Below, one piece after another: positions 20,370 to 30,201 of a stretch of 64,000 bases of DNA; positions within the stretch are counted from its first letter, which is position 1; every line of letters begins with the position of its first letter. Both the position numbers and the translations under genes were made by a program. The notes below the pieces were generated by a model that had not been told where the DNA came from, did not search any database, and was given only the letters and a program-made list of their open reading frames with translations. Source of the stretch: an uncultured cyanobacterium (lineage in GTDB: Bacteria > Cyanobacteriota > Cyanobacteriia > Cyanobacteriales > Nostocaceae); assembly GCA_963706595.1 (NCBI GenBank), contig OY970166.1:5120001-5184000 (forward strand), written 5' to 3'.

Positions 20370-20657
20370 TTACTCTTGAGGCTCATCAGAGATGGGTTCA
20401 GATTCGTTTTCGGGTTCGGTTTTGAGATTAACTGGCAGTTTAACGGGTTTGGGTCCACGCGCCAGGGCAGGATTACCTCTTTGAATATTATCATCTTTAA
20501 AAGATGATTTTTTCCCGCCGCCAGAAGAGCGATTAACAACTGGTTTCAAGCTTTTCGACTGAGATTCCACAGGGGGCGTAGAATCGGAATGTTCGGAACT
20601 ATTGTCTGTAATTGCTTGGGACTGACGTTCCGATTTCTTGATTGGGCGTTCTACCAT
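20370..20657 (-). CDS. Small hydrophilic cyanobacterial hypothetical protein
   Basis: MVERPIKKSERQ N-terminus and NPALARGPKP motif; low complexity. Confidence 0.65.
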   Translation of the reverse strand: MVERPIKKSERQSQAITDNSSEHSDSTPPVESQSKSLKPVVNRSSGGGKKSSFKDDNIQRGNPALARGPKPVKLPVNLKTEPENESEPISDEPQE

Positions 20658-20848
20658 TGTTAATTTTTATAAACTTATCTGTATATTACATCGGTTTGGT
20701 GAGAACTTGTGAAAAGTGCGCTGCTAAGTAACACAAGGCTTAGGCGAAGTACCAAAGGCAGAAGCAACTTAAGAAGTTAATCATATTTTAATTATCTACT
20801 ATATACAGATAGTTACCTTGTGTGTAATCTTAAGAATATTAGGATTTA

Positions 20849-20919
20849 TTCGGTGACAGTATTTGTTTTGAGTATTGACAGGTGTTCCCTTTTGGTATCT
20901 ACAAATTTAATTCTCCGAA
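20849..20919 (+). promoter_or_regulatory. Conserved 5'-UTR boxes of cold-inducible cyanobacterial rbp genes
   Basis: TTCGGTGA (20849-20856), TTTGTTTTGAGT (20862-20873) and TCTCCGAA (20912-20919) in the expected order. Confidence 0.75.
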
Positions 20920-20959
20920 ATTTAAATCTATACACAGTAATAATTTTGGAGACAATCCG

Positions 20960-21283
20960 ATGTCGATTTACGTAGGCAACCTTTCTTACGAGGTTACAGA
21001 AGCTGACCTTAGTGGTGTATTTGCTGAATATGGCACTGTTAAGCGGGTTCAAGTACCTACTGACCGTGAAACAGGCCGGATGCGTGGTTTCGCTTTTGTT
21101 GAAATGGATACAGAAGCAGAAGAAACAGCTGCCATTGAAGCACTAGATGGTGCTGAATGGATGGGTCGCGGACTGAAAGTGAATAAGGCTAAACCCAAGG
21201 AAGACAGAGGTTCCTTTGGTGGTGGTAACAGAGGAGGAGGATATGGTGGTGGTGGTGGTGGTGGTGGCCGTAACCGCTACTAA
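20960..21283 (+). CDS. rbp: RRM RNA-binding protein with glycine-rich tail (Rbp family)
   Basis: [13 protein letters not shown]2, [11 protein letters not shown]1 and Gly-rich C-terminus; ATG at 20960 follows GGAGA. Confidence 0.95.
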   Translation: MSIYVGNLSYEVTEADLSGVFAEYGTVKRVQVPTDRETGRMRGFAFVEMDTEAEETAAIEALDGAEWMGRGLKVNKAKPKEDRGSFGGGNRGGGYGGGGGGGGRNRY

Positions 21284-21462
21284 ACTTCACCACTAAAAAT
21301 TTCCTTTAGGGAATTACCAAAAATAAATTAGCCATAATTTGTAGGGAGCGTTACGGCATTGAGTCTCAGGGTTTTGCCTGTGTAGTCGCGACTAACCGTC
21401 GCCCGGTGCAATATCTGAGCCTACAGATTGGTTATTTTGTGAGTGGGAATTTTCCAAGAGTA

Positions 21463-21495
21463 CAAAAAAGCCAGATTTTAAATCTGGCTTTTTTG
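21463..21495. terminator. Intrinsic terminator (bidirectional type)
   Basis: CAAAAAAGCCAGATT-TTA-AATCTGGCTTTTTTG perfect hairpin with A and T tracts. Confidence 0.85.
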
Positions 21496-21581
21496 CGTAA
21501 CTATGGGTGAATTTGTGATAAACATTTCTTAGATGCTACCGTCTACAAATCGAGATAGGAGTAAAAGGACTTTCTCTGACT

Positions 21582-23630
21582 ATGACGCGTAGACACAAAA
21601 TAGCTTACAGCTTGACATCACTAATCAGTGTCAGCTTAATATCGCACTTGATTGCACCTGATTCTGCCCTTGTGGCTGCACCACCGAGAAACCCCGACAA
21701 AACGGTAAATTGTGAAATTTTAGTGGTGGGTGGTGGACTTTCCGGCGTAGCTACAGCTTACGAAGGTTTACTAGCTGGGCGTAGAGTTTGCCTCACAGAA
21801 ATTACCGATTGGTTGGGAGGACAAGTTTCTTCCCAGGGAACATCTGCATTAGATGAACGCCCCACCCAGCGCAGTCGCCAATTTTATTCTCGTGGCTACT
21901 TGGAATTGCGAAATCGCATTGAACGTAAATACGGTAAACTTAATCCTGGGGAATGCTGGGTAAGTGACTCTTGCTTTTTGCCTCGTGATGCTCACACCGT
22001 GATGGCTCAGATGCTCAAAGATGCTGAAAGAAAGGGTAGAGGTAAGTTAGAATGGTTCCCCAATACGGTAGTTAAAGATTTAGAAGTTAGCCCATCTACA
22101 GTTGAGGGTGGTGGACAGTTAATTAATAGCGCGATCGCAATTCAACATCAACCAGCACCAGGCGCACCGCCTCATAACACTTTCACTTTATCTCAAACCA
22201 TTGAAGATGCTTATCGCTACGAAAACTCATCTCGGTTTACCAAAAATATTATTCGCCTAGTTCCCCAAAAGAGCCAAGGTAACGCCCCAAAATGGTACGT
22301 TGTCGATGCTAGCGAAACCGGGGAAATTATCGCCCTTGCTGACGTTCCCTACCGCTTAGGTATTGACCCTCGTTCTCATTTAGAACCTTCTTCTTCCAGC
22401 GCCCAAAACGATCCTTATTGTACCCAAGGCTTTACTTACACTTTTGCAATGGAGGCTACCAAGGAACCACAACCCCAAGAAATGCCGCCATTTTATCTCC
22501 AGTATTCCCCATATTTCAGTTATGAATTACAGCGACTGGCAAACTTTGACTTAGTTTTCACCTATCGCCGCATTTGGAGTCCGCAACAGGGACAACCTGC
22601 AACCTTCGGAGGTGTGAGATTTTCCACTCCCACGCCAGGGGACATTTCCATGCAAAACTGGACTTGGGGTAACGACTATCGCCCCGGAACTGCCCAAGAT
22701 AACCTAGTTTACACGCGCCAACAGTTGCAAGCTGCTGGACAGTTGCAACCTGGGGGTTGGCTGGGGGGACTGCGAACAGAAAGCCTCCGCAAAGGTGAAG
22801 AAATCTCACTTTCGTATTATTACTGGCTAGTAGCTGGAACTACAGATTCTCAACTGGGTGAAGGTGTTAAACAGCAATACCCAAATAATCGCTTTATATC
22901 CGGCTTAAATTCCCCAATGGGAACAGCGCATGGTTTATCGAAATATCCCTATATGCGCGAAGGAAGGCGGATAATTGGCCGTCCCAGTTGGGGACAACCA
23001 GAAGGGTTTACGATTTGGGAAACTGATATTTCTCGTCGTGACTACAACGATGAGTATTACCGCAATACTCTACCGGCAGCTATGTACCGCAGATTACAAG
23101 CTACACTAGCCGGCTTGGAAGCAGTATCTGTACTTACAGGACAAAAACCTCCCGAACAGGTGATGTGGCGGACTCGTTCGACTATTTTTCCTGATTCTGT
23201 AGGTATTGGTCACTATGCCATAGACTTCCATCCTTGCATGGAGAAAAGCCCCCCAGAAGCTGCTGGTAACAGAGAACGTCCTGGAGAAAGGCGCGGTGCT
23301 GGTCAAGCTTATCCCTTCCAAATTGCCCTCAGAGCCATGATTCCCCAAAAAATCGATAATTTGATTGTAGGGGGCAAAAGTATCGCTACCAGTCACATTG
23401 CTGCGGCTGCTTATCGGGTACACTCATTTGAATGGTCGTCTGGTGCTGCTGCGGGAACCACTGCGGCTTTCTCTTTAAAAAATCAAGTTGCACCTTATCA
23501 ACTGGTAGAGGATTTACCGAGGGCTGCACCACAATTACAAGCTCTCAAACGTCTGTTGCAGCAAAATGGCAACCCGACAGCTTTCCCTGATACTTCCATT
23601 TTTAACGAAAACTGGGATAATTGGCGTTAG
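21582..23630 (+). CDS. Secreted FAD-dependent oxidoreductase
   Basis: Signal peptide, ILVVGGGLSG Rossmann motif, YMREGRRI and NLIVGGKSIATSH motifs. Confidence 0.85.
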   Translation: MTRRHKIAYSLTSLISVSLISHLIAPDSALVAAPPRNPDKTVNCEILVVGGGLSGVATAYEGLLAGRRVCLTEITDWLGGQVSSQGTSALDERPTQRSRQFYSRGYLELRNRIERKYGKLNPGECWVSDSCFLPRDAHTVMAQMLKDAERKGRGKLEWFPNTVVKDLEVSPSTVEGGGQLINSAIAIQHQPAPGAPPHNTFTLSQTIEDAYRYENSSRFTKNIIRLVPQKSQGNAPKWYVVDASETGEIIALADVPYRLGIDPRSHLEPSSSSAQNDPYCTQGFTYTFAMEATKEPQPQEMPPFYLQYSPYFSYELQRLANFDLVFTYRRIWSPQQGQPATFGGVRFSTPTPGDISMQNWTWGNDYRPGTAQDNLVYTRQQLQAAGQLQPGGWLGGLRTESLRKGEEISLSYYYWLVAGTTDSQLGEGVKQQYPNNRFISGLNSPMGTAHGLSKYPYMREGRRIIGRPSWGQPEGFTIWETDISRRDYNDEYYRNTLPAAMYRRLQATLAGLEAVSVLTGQKPPEQVMWRTRSTIFPDSVGIGHYAIDFHPCMEKSPPEAAGNRERPGERRGAGQAYPFQIALRAMIPQKIDNLIVGGKSIATSHIAAAAYRVHSFEWSSGAAAGTTAAFSLKNQVAPYQLVEDLPRAAPQLQALKRLLQQNGNPTAFPDTSIFNENWDNWR

Positions 23631-23687
23631 GGTTGAAGAATCTTAGATTTTAGATTTGGGATTTAGGATTGACCACATAGATTTATC

Positions 23688-23798
23688 GGCGTTGCTGATT
23701 TGAAGTATGAACACGATTTGTGATGATGTCAAAACCCCTGTAGAGACGTTCCATGGAACGTCTCTACATTTAAATTCATATTTGGTTTCAGCAACGCC
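23688..23798. mobile_element. 111-bp MITE with 8-bp target-site duplication
   Basis: Terminal inverted repeats GGCGTTGCTGA / TCAGCAACGCC; GATTTATC on both flanks; internal palindrome TGTAGAGACGTTCCATGGAACGTCTCTACA. Confidence 0.85.
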
Positions 23799-23893
23799 GA
23801 TTTATCTATGGGTTTATACGATTAAGGAATTATTTGTCTAGGGGCTAGCTAGGGTAAACGGATAAACCGCTATTTCATCTTTGCTTTTCCAGT

Positions 23894-23958
23894 CCCTATT
23901 ACCCACTCCCCACTCCCCACTCCCCATTCCCCACTCCCCACTCCCCATTCCCTACTCC
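23894..23958. repeat. STRR heptamer tandem repeat (CCCCACT)n
   Basis: About 9 imperfect units. Confidence 0.9.
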
Positions 23959-24024
23959 GCAGACAATAGACTAGACTGGTTATTTATAGTGTAGATTTGT
24001 AAAATTCTGTTGGCTCACTGTTTT

Positions 24025-24351
24025 ATGGTTACAAGACTTTCAGCAGCTGTGTGCGGAACAAGTGCAGCACCAACTGTAGCTCCTGGAAAGACTACTCAAG
24101 TTATCCGCAAGACTTATCCGAATTACAAGGTGATTGTTTTAAACGATGACTTTAATACTTTTCAGCACGTGTCTGAGTGTTTGATGAAATATATTCCGGG
24201 AATGACTGGTGATAGAGCTTGGGATTTGACCAATCAGATACATTATGAAGGGCAAGCTATTGTCTGGGTAGGTCCCCAAGAAATGGCGGAACTGTATCAT
24301 CAACAACTACGTCGAGCTGGTTTAACAATGGCACCTTTAGAAGCGGCTTAA
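24025..24351 (+). CDS. clpS: ATP-dependent Clp protease adaptor ClpS
   Basis: YKVIVLNDDFNTF and IHYEGQAIVW motifs. Confidence 0.95.
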   Translation: MVTRLSAAVCGTSAAPTVAPGKTTQVIRKTYPNYKVIVLNDDFNTFQHVSECLMKYIPGMTGDRAWDLTNQIHYEGQAIVWVGPQEMAELYHQQLRRAGLTMAPLEAA

Positions 24352-24356
24352 TTATC

Positions 24357-24680
24357 ATGGGCAAACCCGCAAAAGACGCTTCTGGCAAAGATGGCAGATT
24401 AGTCTGGAATCACTCAACTCATCTTTCTGGTCTCATTCCAATTTTAGAACGTCTCTGTCAGCAGGATGGGATTCAAACTGTCACGCCAGGTGTGATTGGG
24501 CGGGCGAAAGGCCATTGTCCAAAAATGCAACTACGTGTATCTGTACCTATTCGAGGTGGTTATAAAGTCATAGCGCGTCAGGGTAAGACCGTACAAGAGG
24601 TTTTTATCCTGACCACTTTAGATCAGGATAAATTTAAAGATACTATTGCGATCGCCATGAAAATTAAATCAGCCTCATAG
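24357..24680 (+). CDS. DUF2103 family protein
   Basis: NHSTH..GLI..L...TPG.I...G.K.IAR.G..VQEVF pattern. Confidence 0.8.
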   Translation: MGKPAKDASGKDGRLVWNHSTHLSGLIPILERLCQQDGIQTVTPGVIGRAKGHCPKMQLRVSVPIRGGYKVIARQGKTVQEVFILTTLDQDKFKDTIAIAMKIKSAS

Positions 24681-24716
24681 TCCATTGTCCATCGTGCATC
24701 GATTCTTGACTATTGG

Positions 24717-25037
24717 CTATTCTTCCACTTGGCGGACTGAAAATTTGTGTAATGGCAAACTGAGAACGCAAGAGAAAGTTAAGAAATATGACAAAGCGAT
24801 AGTGATTTTTACTGACATGAGTGCAGTTTCCCAATCAGGTAAAATCAACTTTTCCAGCCCAAAAGCACAACAGTAAACCAGCCAGTAAGAGAAGCTCATT
24901 CTAAAGAGAATTTTCTCTGTTTCTTCCAGATTATCTTTTGGCTGTTTGCGATCCCACAGTAATAATAGACCAGCAACACAAGCAACAAAGGATACAGCAA
25001 CTACAAATTCGTGGCACATTAAATTCATTGAATGCAT
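24717..25037 (-). CDS. Small membrane protein, hypothetical
   Basis: Three hydrophobic segments. Confidence 0.6.
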   Translation of the reverse strand: MHSMNLMCHEFVVAVSFVACVAGLLLLWDRKQPKDNLEETEKILFRMSFSYWLVYCCAFGLEKLILPDWETALMSVKITIALSYFLTFSCVLSLPLHKFSVRQVEE

Positions 25038-25249
25038 TTGCGTTGATCCAATACTTTCCCGATGAGATTCAGTCTAAAGGAATATTCTCCCTATACCCAA
25101 AATATATTTACAAACTGCAATAGAACACTGTAATTAAGTTTAAGTAATGCAACGAAAGGTTGAGTTAAATTAAGTTCACTAATTTAAACAATTTTTAATT
25201 TAAATTAAATAGTTTTGTAAAGCAAGTCTAAGCCCGTTAAAGTTTAGTT

Positions 25250-26116
25250 TTATTGAAGAGAGCTAATTCTGTTTTGTAACTCAATCAAATCAGGATACTG
25301 ATTAACATCCAGTTGATTCAACGCCCAATCAAAAAACTTGTCTAGAGCAATATATTGAGATTTTTGTCGCTGCATAGCTTTTTGAATATCATTACCATGA
25401 AACCAGATCAAATACTGCTTATGTGTCCAAAATTCCTCTTGGGCAAACTGCTGCTGATATACAGCAAGGCTTTGTTCAAATCTGTCTGGAGTGACAGTTC
25501 CAACAGCCTCTTGAAAGCGGTTAATTAATTCTACAGCTTGATTTTGACAGTCTTGAAGAGCGAGTGAGGGTGGAAGTTTACCACTACCACCTGTCCATGT
25601 TGTTTTGAGTTGATGTCGAGATGTACTTGATTGCAATAAATCAGCTAATGCCCATCTTACTGTTTGATAATCTTGCAAGCTGATTGCAGCTTCTTCCATC
25701 CAAGGTGAAATCGCCTCAAATCCTGGTGAATCTCCATGTCCCCATTTAGAAGTAGGATTATCTTGTTTTTCTATATCTTTTGTGTGCCAATAGTTATGAA
25801 TTAAATCGGCATTTAATAGATAATTTTCTACACAAGCACGATGGGTAAGCATCATGGAATTGAGTGGTATTAATGCACTATTATCAGTAGGTTTAGCGTC
25901 AAAATCGCGGTCGCGAAAAATTATGTATTGTTGATTTGTCGCTCCTTCTTTAGAGAAGTAACCCTGAACAAAAACCGAAAATGTAAATTTACTGCCAGCA
26001 GGAACAATTGTGGGCTTATTTGTTAAAACGTTTTCGACAACTCTATTCAGGAGTCTAAAATCTAAGCTAGTTTGCTTGCCCTCACAGAAAATAATTTTGC
26101 CACTAACAACACTCAC
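25250..26116 (-). CDS. TOPRIM-like nuclease (DUF4435/AriB-like)
   Basis: IIFCEG....LD, RDRDFD (DxD) and VENYLL motifs; starts 2 nt after the upstream ATPase stop. Confidence 0.7.
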   Translation of the reverse strand: MSVVSGKIIFCEGKQTSLDFRLLNRVVENVLTNKPTIVPAGSKFTFSVFVQGYFSKEGATNQQYIIFRDRDFDAKPTDNSALIPLNSMMLTHRACVENYLLNADLIHNYWHTKDIEKQDNPTSKWGHGDSPGFEAISPWMEEAAISLQDYQTVRWALADLLQSSTSRHQLKTTWTGGSGKLPPSLALQDCQNQAVELINRFQEAVGTVTPDRFEQSLAVYQQQFAQEEFWTHKQYLIWFHGNDIQKAMQRQKSQYIALDKFFDWALNQLDVNQYPDLIELQNRISSLQ

Positions 26117-26118
26117 AA

Positions 26119-27180
26119 TTACACCTCTAGTCTGATAATATATGCTTCCGGTACTAATTGCTCTATATAATCAGAGTGGGTTGTAATGATAAACTGATTA
26201 TTTGTGCCTAACTTGGGTAAAGCTCTCAGCAATGCCTGTTGCATTGGTGGATGTAAATGCAACTCAATTTCATCAATAAGAATGACAGAGTTATGAATAT
26301 TCCAACTAGCAAAGTCCACTAGCATTGGAAAAATAGCACGTTCACCCCCGGACATCTCAGAAATTTCATACTGGTTTCTACCGTCATATAAATAAAACCA
26401 GAGTTCACTGAAGATATCATCCACATTCTCTCGCGGAACTGGTCCTTCAAAACTTCGTTCTGGAAAAACTGCTTTGTAAGCGCGTTCAATTTCGGCGTAT
26501 AAATCCTTTTGTCCTGGGCGTAAATGGGGAATTTTCTGCGTTTCTACATCTTGATGGAATTGTCGCCATTTAGAAAGGCGATCGCGCAAGAGGTCTTCTG
26601 TGATTTCAACTTTGCGATCTGGATCTTCTGTAGTCAGGCTAGTTGAAGTTCTCTGTTCTGTGTACCAAAGAATTGTACCCACTCGTTCAAATACTGAAAA
26701 TCCTTCAGCACGGAGTAATTGTTTAGCGTATTCTCTTCCTTTAAATTGAAATAATTCAGCAGCACTATCTGCTTGAACACGTCCATTTCGCCATTTCAGG
26801 GTAACAATATGCTTGTCACCAGGAGGCTGCAAATCACGACCCATGTTTTGTAATTTCTGTTGAAATTCTCCCACAGCTTGGAGTTCACCAGATGAGAATT
26901 GTACCTTTACAGTTACCTCTGGCTCAAATCCGCCCCAGTTACTTCCAAGCAGTTCATAGTTAAATCCTGCCCATTCTAAATCGGAAGGTGCTTTTAAGCG
27001 TCCAGTTGCTGTGCCGAGAGTTGAGGCGATCGCTTGTAAAAGACTTGTTTTTCCAGCACCATTCATGCCGATGAGAACAATAATATCTCGCGCTAACCCA
27101 GTTTCTGGATCTGTGAAATCAAATACTGGAGAAGACCGGAATCTCTTAAAATATTTTAGTTGTAGGGATTGAATTTTCAT
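26119..27180 (-). CDS. Soluble ABC-type (AAA_15/AAA_21-like) ATPase
   Basis: Walker A GMNGAGKT, signature MSGGE, Walker B ILIDEIE-LHLHP and H-loop TTHS. Confidence 0.9.
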   Translation of the reverse strand: MKIQSLQLKYFKRFRSSPVFDFTDPETGLARDIIVLIGMNGAGKTSLLQAIASTLGTATGRLKAPSDLEWAGFNYELLGSNWGGFEPEVTVKVQFSSGELQAVGEFQQKLQNMGRDLQPPGDKHIVTLKWRNGRVQADSAAELFQFKGREYAKQLLRAEGFSVFERVGTILWYTEQRTSTSLTTEDPDRKVEITEDLLRDRLSKWRQFHQDVETQKIPHLRPGQKDLYAEIERAYKAVFPERSFEGPVPRENVDDIFSELWFYLYDGRNQYEISEMSGGERAIFPMLVDFASWNIHNSVILIDEIELHLHPPMQQALLRALPKLGTNNQFIITTHSDYIEQLVPEAYIIRLEV

Positions 27181-27390
27181 ATTGAGATTCTCCTAAATAG
27201 GAGAAACAGTGATTTTAAAAAAGTATTGAATTACAATAATTTTACATTAGACATCTGGTGAAAATAAAATATGCTTTATCTAAAAACCTTGCACTGCGGT
27301 TAATACGTTAAAAATCCCTTGTCCAAAACCTGAAAAGGATTTTTAGGACTTATTGTTTTTGCCCAGCCTCCAAAAAATGGTAGTTCATAG

Positions 27391-27651
27391 TTAATAATGG
27401 TATCGACAAGAAATAATAGTTAAATAAACATCATCAACAGCATAAACCAAACGATTGGTATCATCAATTCGCCGTGACCAAAATCCTGCTAAATTTTCCC
27501 TGAGAGGCTCTGGCTTACCAATACCCTCAAAAGGCATCCGCATCGTCTCCTCAATTAGTTTATTGATTCTTTTGAGAGTCTTTTTATCTTGCCCTTGCCA
27601 GTAAAGATAATTAGCCCAAGCCTCATCAGTCCATGCCAACATTTTAGTCAT
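27391..27651 (-). CDS. yoeB: Txe/YoeB family toxin
   Basis: GIGKPEPL...WSRRI...RLVY...CRYHY. Confidence 0.95.
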   Translation of the reverse strand: MTKMLAWTDEAWANYLYWQGQDKKTLKRINKLIEETMRMPFEGIGKPEPLRENLAGFWSRRIDDTNRLVYAVDDVYLTIISCRYHY

Positions 27652-27898
27652 CTAGCAAATCTCGCTCCACCACGTTCCCCTGCTTAAATTGAGCAATAGA
27701 ACGTTCTAAATGGGCTGCATTTGCCGGAGACTTCAATAAATGCACAGTCTCCATCAGACTATTAAAAAACTCCAGCGACATCACCACCGCATCATCCGCG
27801 TCTCGTCTGGTGATAATTGTATAGTCAGCATCTTCCGTCACCTGATCTAAAACTGTTTTTAGACTATTTCTTGCTTCGCTAAAAGAAATAATTTTCAT
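27644..27898 (-). CDS. yefM: Phd/YefM family antitoxin (ATG at 27898)
   Basis: MKIISFSEARNSL...ETVHLLKSPANAAHL; overlaps yoeB by 8 nt. Confidence 0.92.
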   Translation of the reverse strand: MKIISFSEARNSLKTVLDQVTEDADYTIITRRDADDAVVMSLEFFNSLMETVHLLKSPANAAHLERSIAQFKQGNVVERDLLDD

Positions 27899-27907
27899 CT
27901 GGGGAAA

Positions 27908-27956
27908 GTTGTACTGTTTATTGTACAAGTGTAGCGTTTTTTCTAGATTGTACAAT
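27908..27956. promoter_or_regulatory. Probable YefM-YoeB operator
   Basis: TGTACA-core palindromes at 27922 and 27949, plus TGTACT at 27910, 12 bp from the 27922 core. Confidence 0.65.
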
Positions 27957-27996
27957 AATTACAAGAAAAGAGCGCTTCGTGTGGAAACAATTTGAT

Positions 27997-28188
27997 TCAA
28001 AATGAGGCGATATCATCTTCGGCAGATTCGTCGTCTATAAAACGTAGTCGCTCAAATAAAGGCAGTTCTTTTTTTTGTTGCTGCAAGTAATTGGATAATA
28101 TTTTAATGATTGCTTCCTGTGGATTCTCATAGTGACTAACTGCAATAATTTCATTAATTAGTTCATCATCTATTGTGATCATGGTCAT
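27997..28188 (-). CDS. Orphan VapB-like antitoxin (possibly a remnant)
   Basis: 63 aa; M.ITIDDELI.E......E.I..IL..Y ribbon-helix-helix-like N-terminus; no cognate toxin follows. Confidence 0.5.
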   Translation of the reverse strand: MTMITIDDELINEIIAVSHYENPQEAIIKILSNYLQQQKKELPLFERLRFIDDESAEDDIASF

Positions 28189-28366
28189 GGCTTTGTCCCC
28201 GGTTGTTTTAAAGAAATTTAACGTGAGTTCGACAGAGAGGAAAGTCTGAAAAGCTTGTTAGGTAGTAATTTGAAGAAATAGGATGCCAAAGAATGAAGAA
28301 AATGGAGAGAGAATAGTTGAAAAAATTACAAAAAATGCGGAGACTAAAAATATTATACCTACTTTA

Positions 28367-28837
28367 CTAATGCTCACAAGCAGCAATACTTACCCAGGTG
28401 CTAGAACCATCAGCCCAATGTTCTTTTTTCCAAATAGGGGCATTATGTTTAAGAGTATCAATAGCATAACGACAAGCTTCAAACGCTTCACTACGATGCG
28501 GACAACCAACGGCTACTAAGACGCTGATTTCTCCCACTTGCAAACGCCCGACGCGATGATAAATTACTACCCGCTTCACATCAGACCAAGTGGAACGAAT
28601 ATCAGCAGCAATTTGATAAAAAACTCGTAACGCCATTGGTTCATAAGCTTGATATTCTAAAGCAATCACAGGTTGTCCATCTGTTTGATTGCGAACCATT
28701 CCACTCATCACCACTACAGCACCATTAGCTGCGTCGTTGGCTTTGGCGTAGACTTCTTCCAGGGATAATGGCGCAAAGGTGATGGCAAAACTATCTTCGG
28801 TTTTTGGTTTAATGGCAGAGGTTAGTGTATTAGACAT
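28367..28837 (-). CDS. moaE: Molybdopterin synthase catalytic subunit
   Basis: G.VRN, LEYQAY, HRVG.L.VGE, PHR.EAF and PIWKKE motifs. Confidence 0.95.
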   Translation of the reverse strand: MSNTLTSAIKPKTEDSFAITFAPLSLEEVYAKANDAANGAVVVMSGMVRNQTDGQPVIALEYQAYEPMALRVFYQIAADIRSTWSDVKRVVIYHRVGRLQVGEISVLVAVGCPHRSEAFEACRYAIDTLKHNAPIWKKEHWADGSSTWVSIAACEH

Positions 28838-28880
28838 GGTAGTTTCACGCAGAGGCGCACCAGGCGCAGAGAGAGAGTAA

Positions 28881-29843
28881 TTAAGGAAGGCTATTTCTTT
28901 TATTGAGAAATTTTAGTTGATGATACAGACAGCTAATTAGCGGTAAATTTACACCTGCTGCTTGGGCTTTTTTTTATGGGTTGCCGAAAATTGCTTCTAC
29001 TTCTAAGGGTCGGTGTTCATCATAGTCAATTTTCATGCTGGTACGGTAAGGTTTCATTTTGAGAGTGTAATTCAGCATGGTTTGAATGAAGCTGTCAGGA
29101 ATGATACGCCCGGAAGTTTTCGCGCCAGCTACTACTTCGTTCATCAATTGTTCAACTAATTTACGGGTGTCAGCATCAGCCATTAATTCGTCTGTTGTCG
29201 CATTGAGTATTACAGACAGCCCATTGTAGGGTATATTCCATACCAGTTTTTGCCAACGCGCCAGCAATAAATCTGCGGCTAATTCTATTGGGATACCAGC
29301 ATTTTGAAAATCATCAGCAATATGCTGCGTCCTAGCTGTAATTGGATAAGGTCTATATTCATGGGTATATTCACCCAAGGTAATTTTTCCATAATTTAAG
29401 TGCAGAATGTGTCCTGATCCCACTTTATTGGAACACAGAAAACATAACCCACCAATAACTTGAACATTGCTGACAATTCGGGCAATATCCTCTTCTACAC
29501 CCAAACCATTTTGTAATACTAAGACTATCCCGCTATTTTTAACCACGGGTGGTAATAATTTTGGTAGTAAATGGTTTTGAGTCGTCTTCAGTGCCACTAT
29601 GACTACATCACATTTTGGCATCTGGTTGACATCGTTATAGGCGTTAACTTGGGGAAGAGTAAAATCACCATCTTTTGATTCGACAAATAAACCAGATTGG
29701 CTGACGTGTTCGTAATCACTTTTGAGCAAAAAGTGGACATCTAAACCAGATTTTTGCAATTTAGCGCCATAAAACCCACCTAATGCACCAGTTCCGAGGA
29801 TGGCGTACTTGCGATCGCGCAGCAGTCCGAAGGAATCGCACAT
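28881..29843 (-). CDS. panE: 2-dehydropantoate 2-reductase with an in-frame TAA at 28974-28976 before the last ~30 codons
   Basis: GTGALGG, LQNG, WQKLVWN and TSM..D....RPLE motifs; frame resumes after the stop as KKAQAAGVNLPLISCLYHQLKFL. Confidence 0.85.
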
Positions 29844-30201
29844 TTCTTATATACAGGATTCTCTAAGAATAATCATAAAGCGATGTCCGAACGCCCCATC
29901 TACAGTTAACTTTTTGTAATAAAATTTTAAGCTATTACATAATATTTTAAGAATTTGCACATAATAAATGATCCTGTTTGATGTATTTTTACAGTAGGAA
30001 TTACTCTCAGGTAAAAATTACCCAACTGAATTTAAAATTCTCTAATAATTACGATAAATATTATGAGAGTTTCTTGAAAGAGTTTAAATTATGTTACATA
30101 AGCGGAGTAATCACTTTAGCGGTGTGTTAAGGTGAATTCAAATATCTAAAAATATGTTTATTTACTATTTTTAAGATGTTGACATTAATCCCACTAAATT
30201 A

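Noticed and set aside
20195..20539. 114-aa ORF spanning the IS right end
   Set aside because: Overlaps a better-supported gene in another frame and runs through IS terminal hairpins.
22090..22112. Possible small in-frame insertion in the FAD oxidoreductase (SPSTVEGG)
   Set aside because: Weak hairpin and only partial similarity to 29895-29907; cannot be supported without orthologs.
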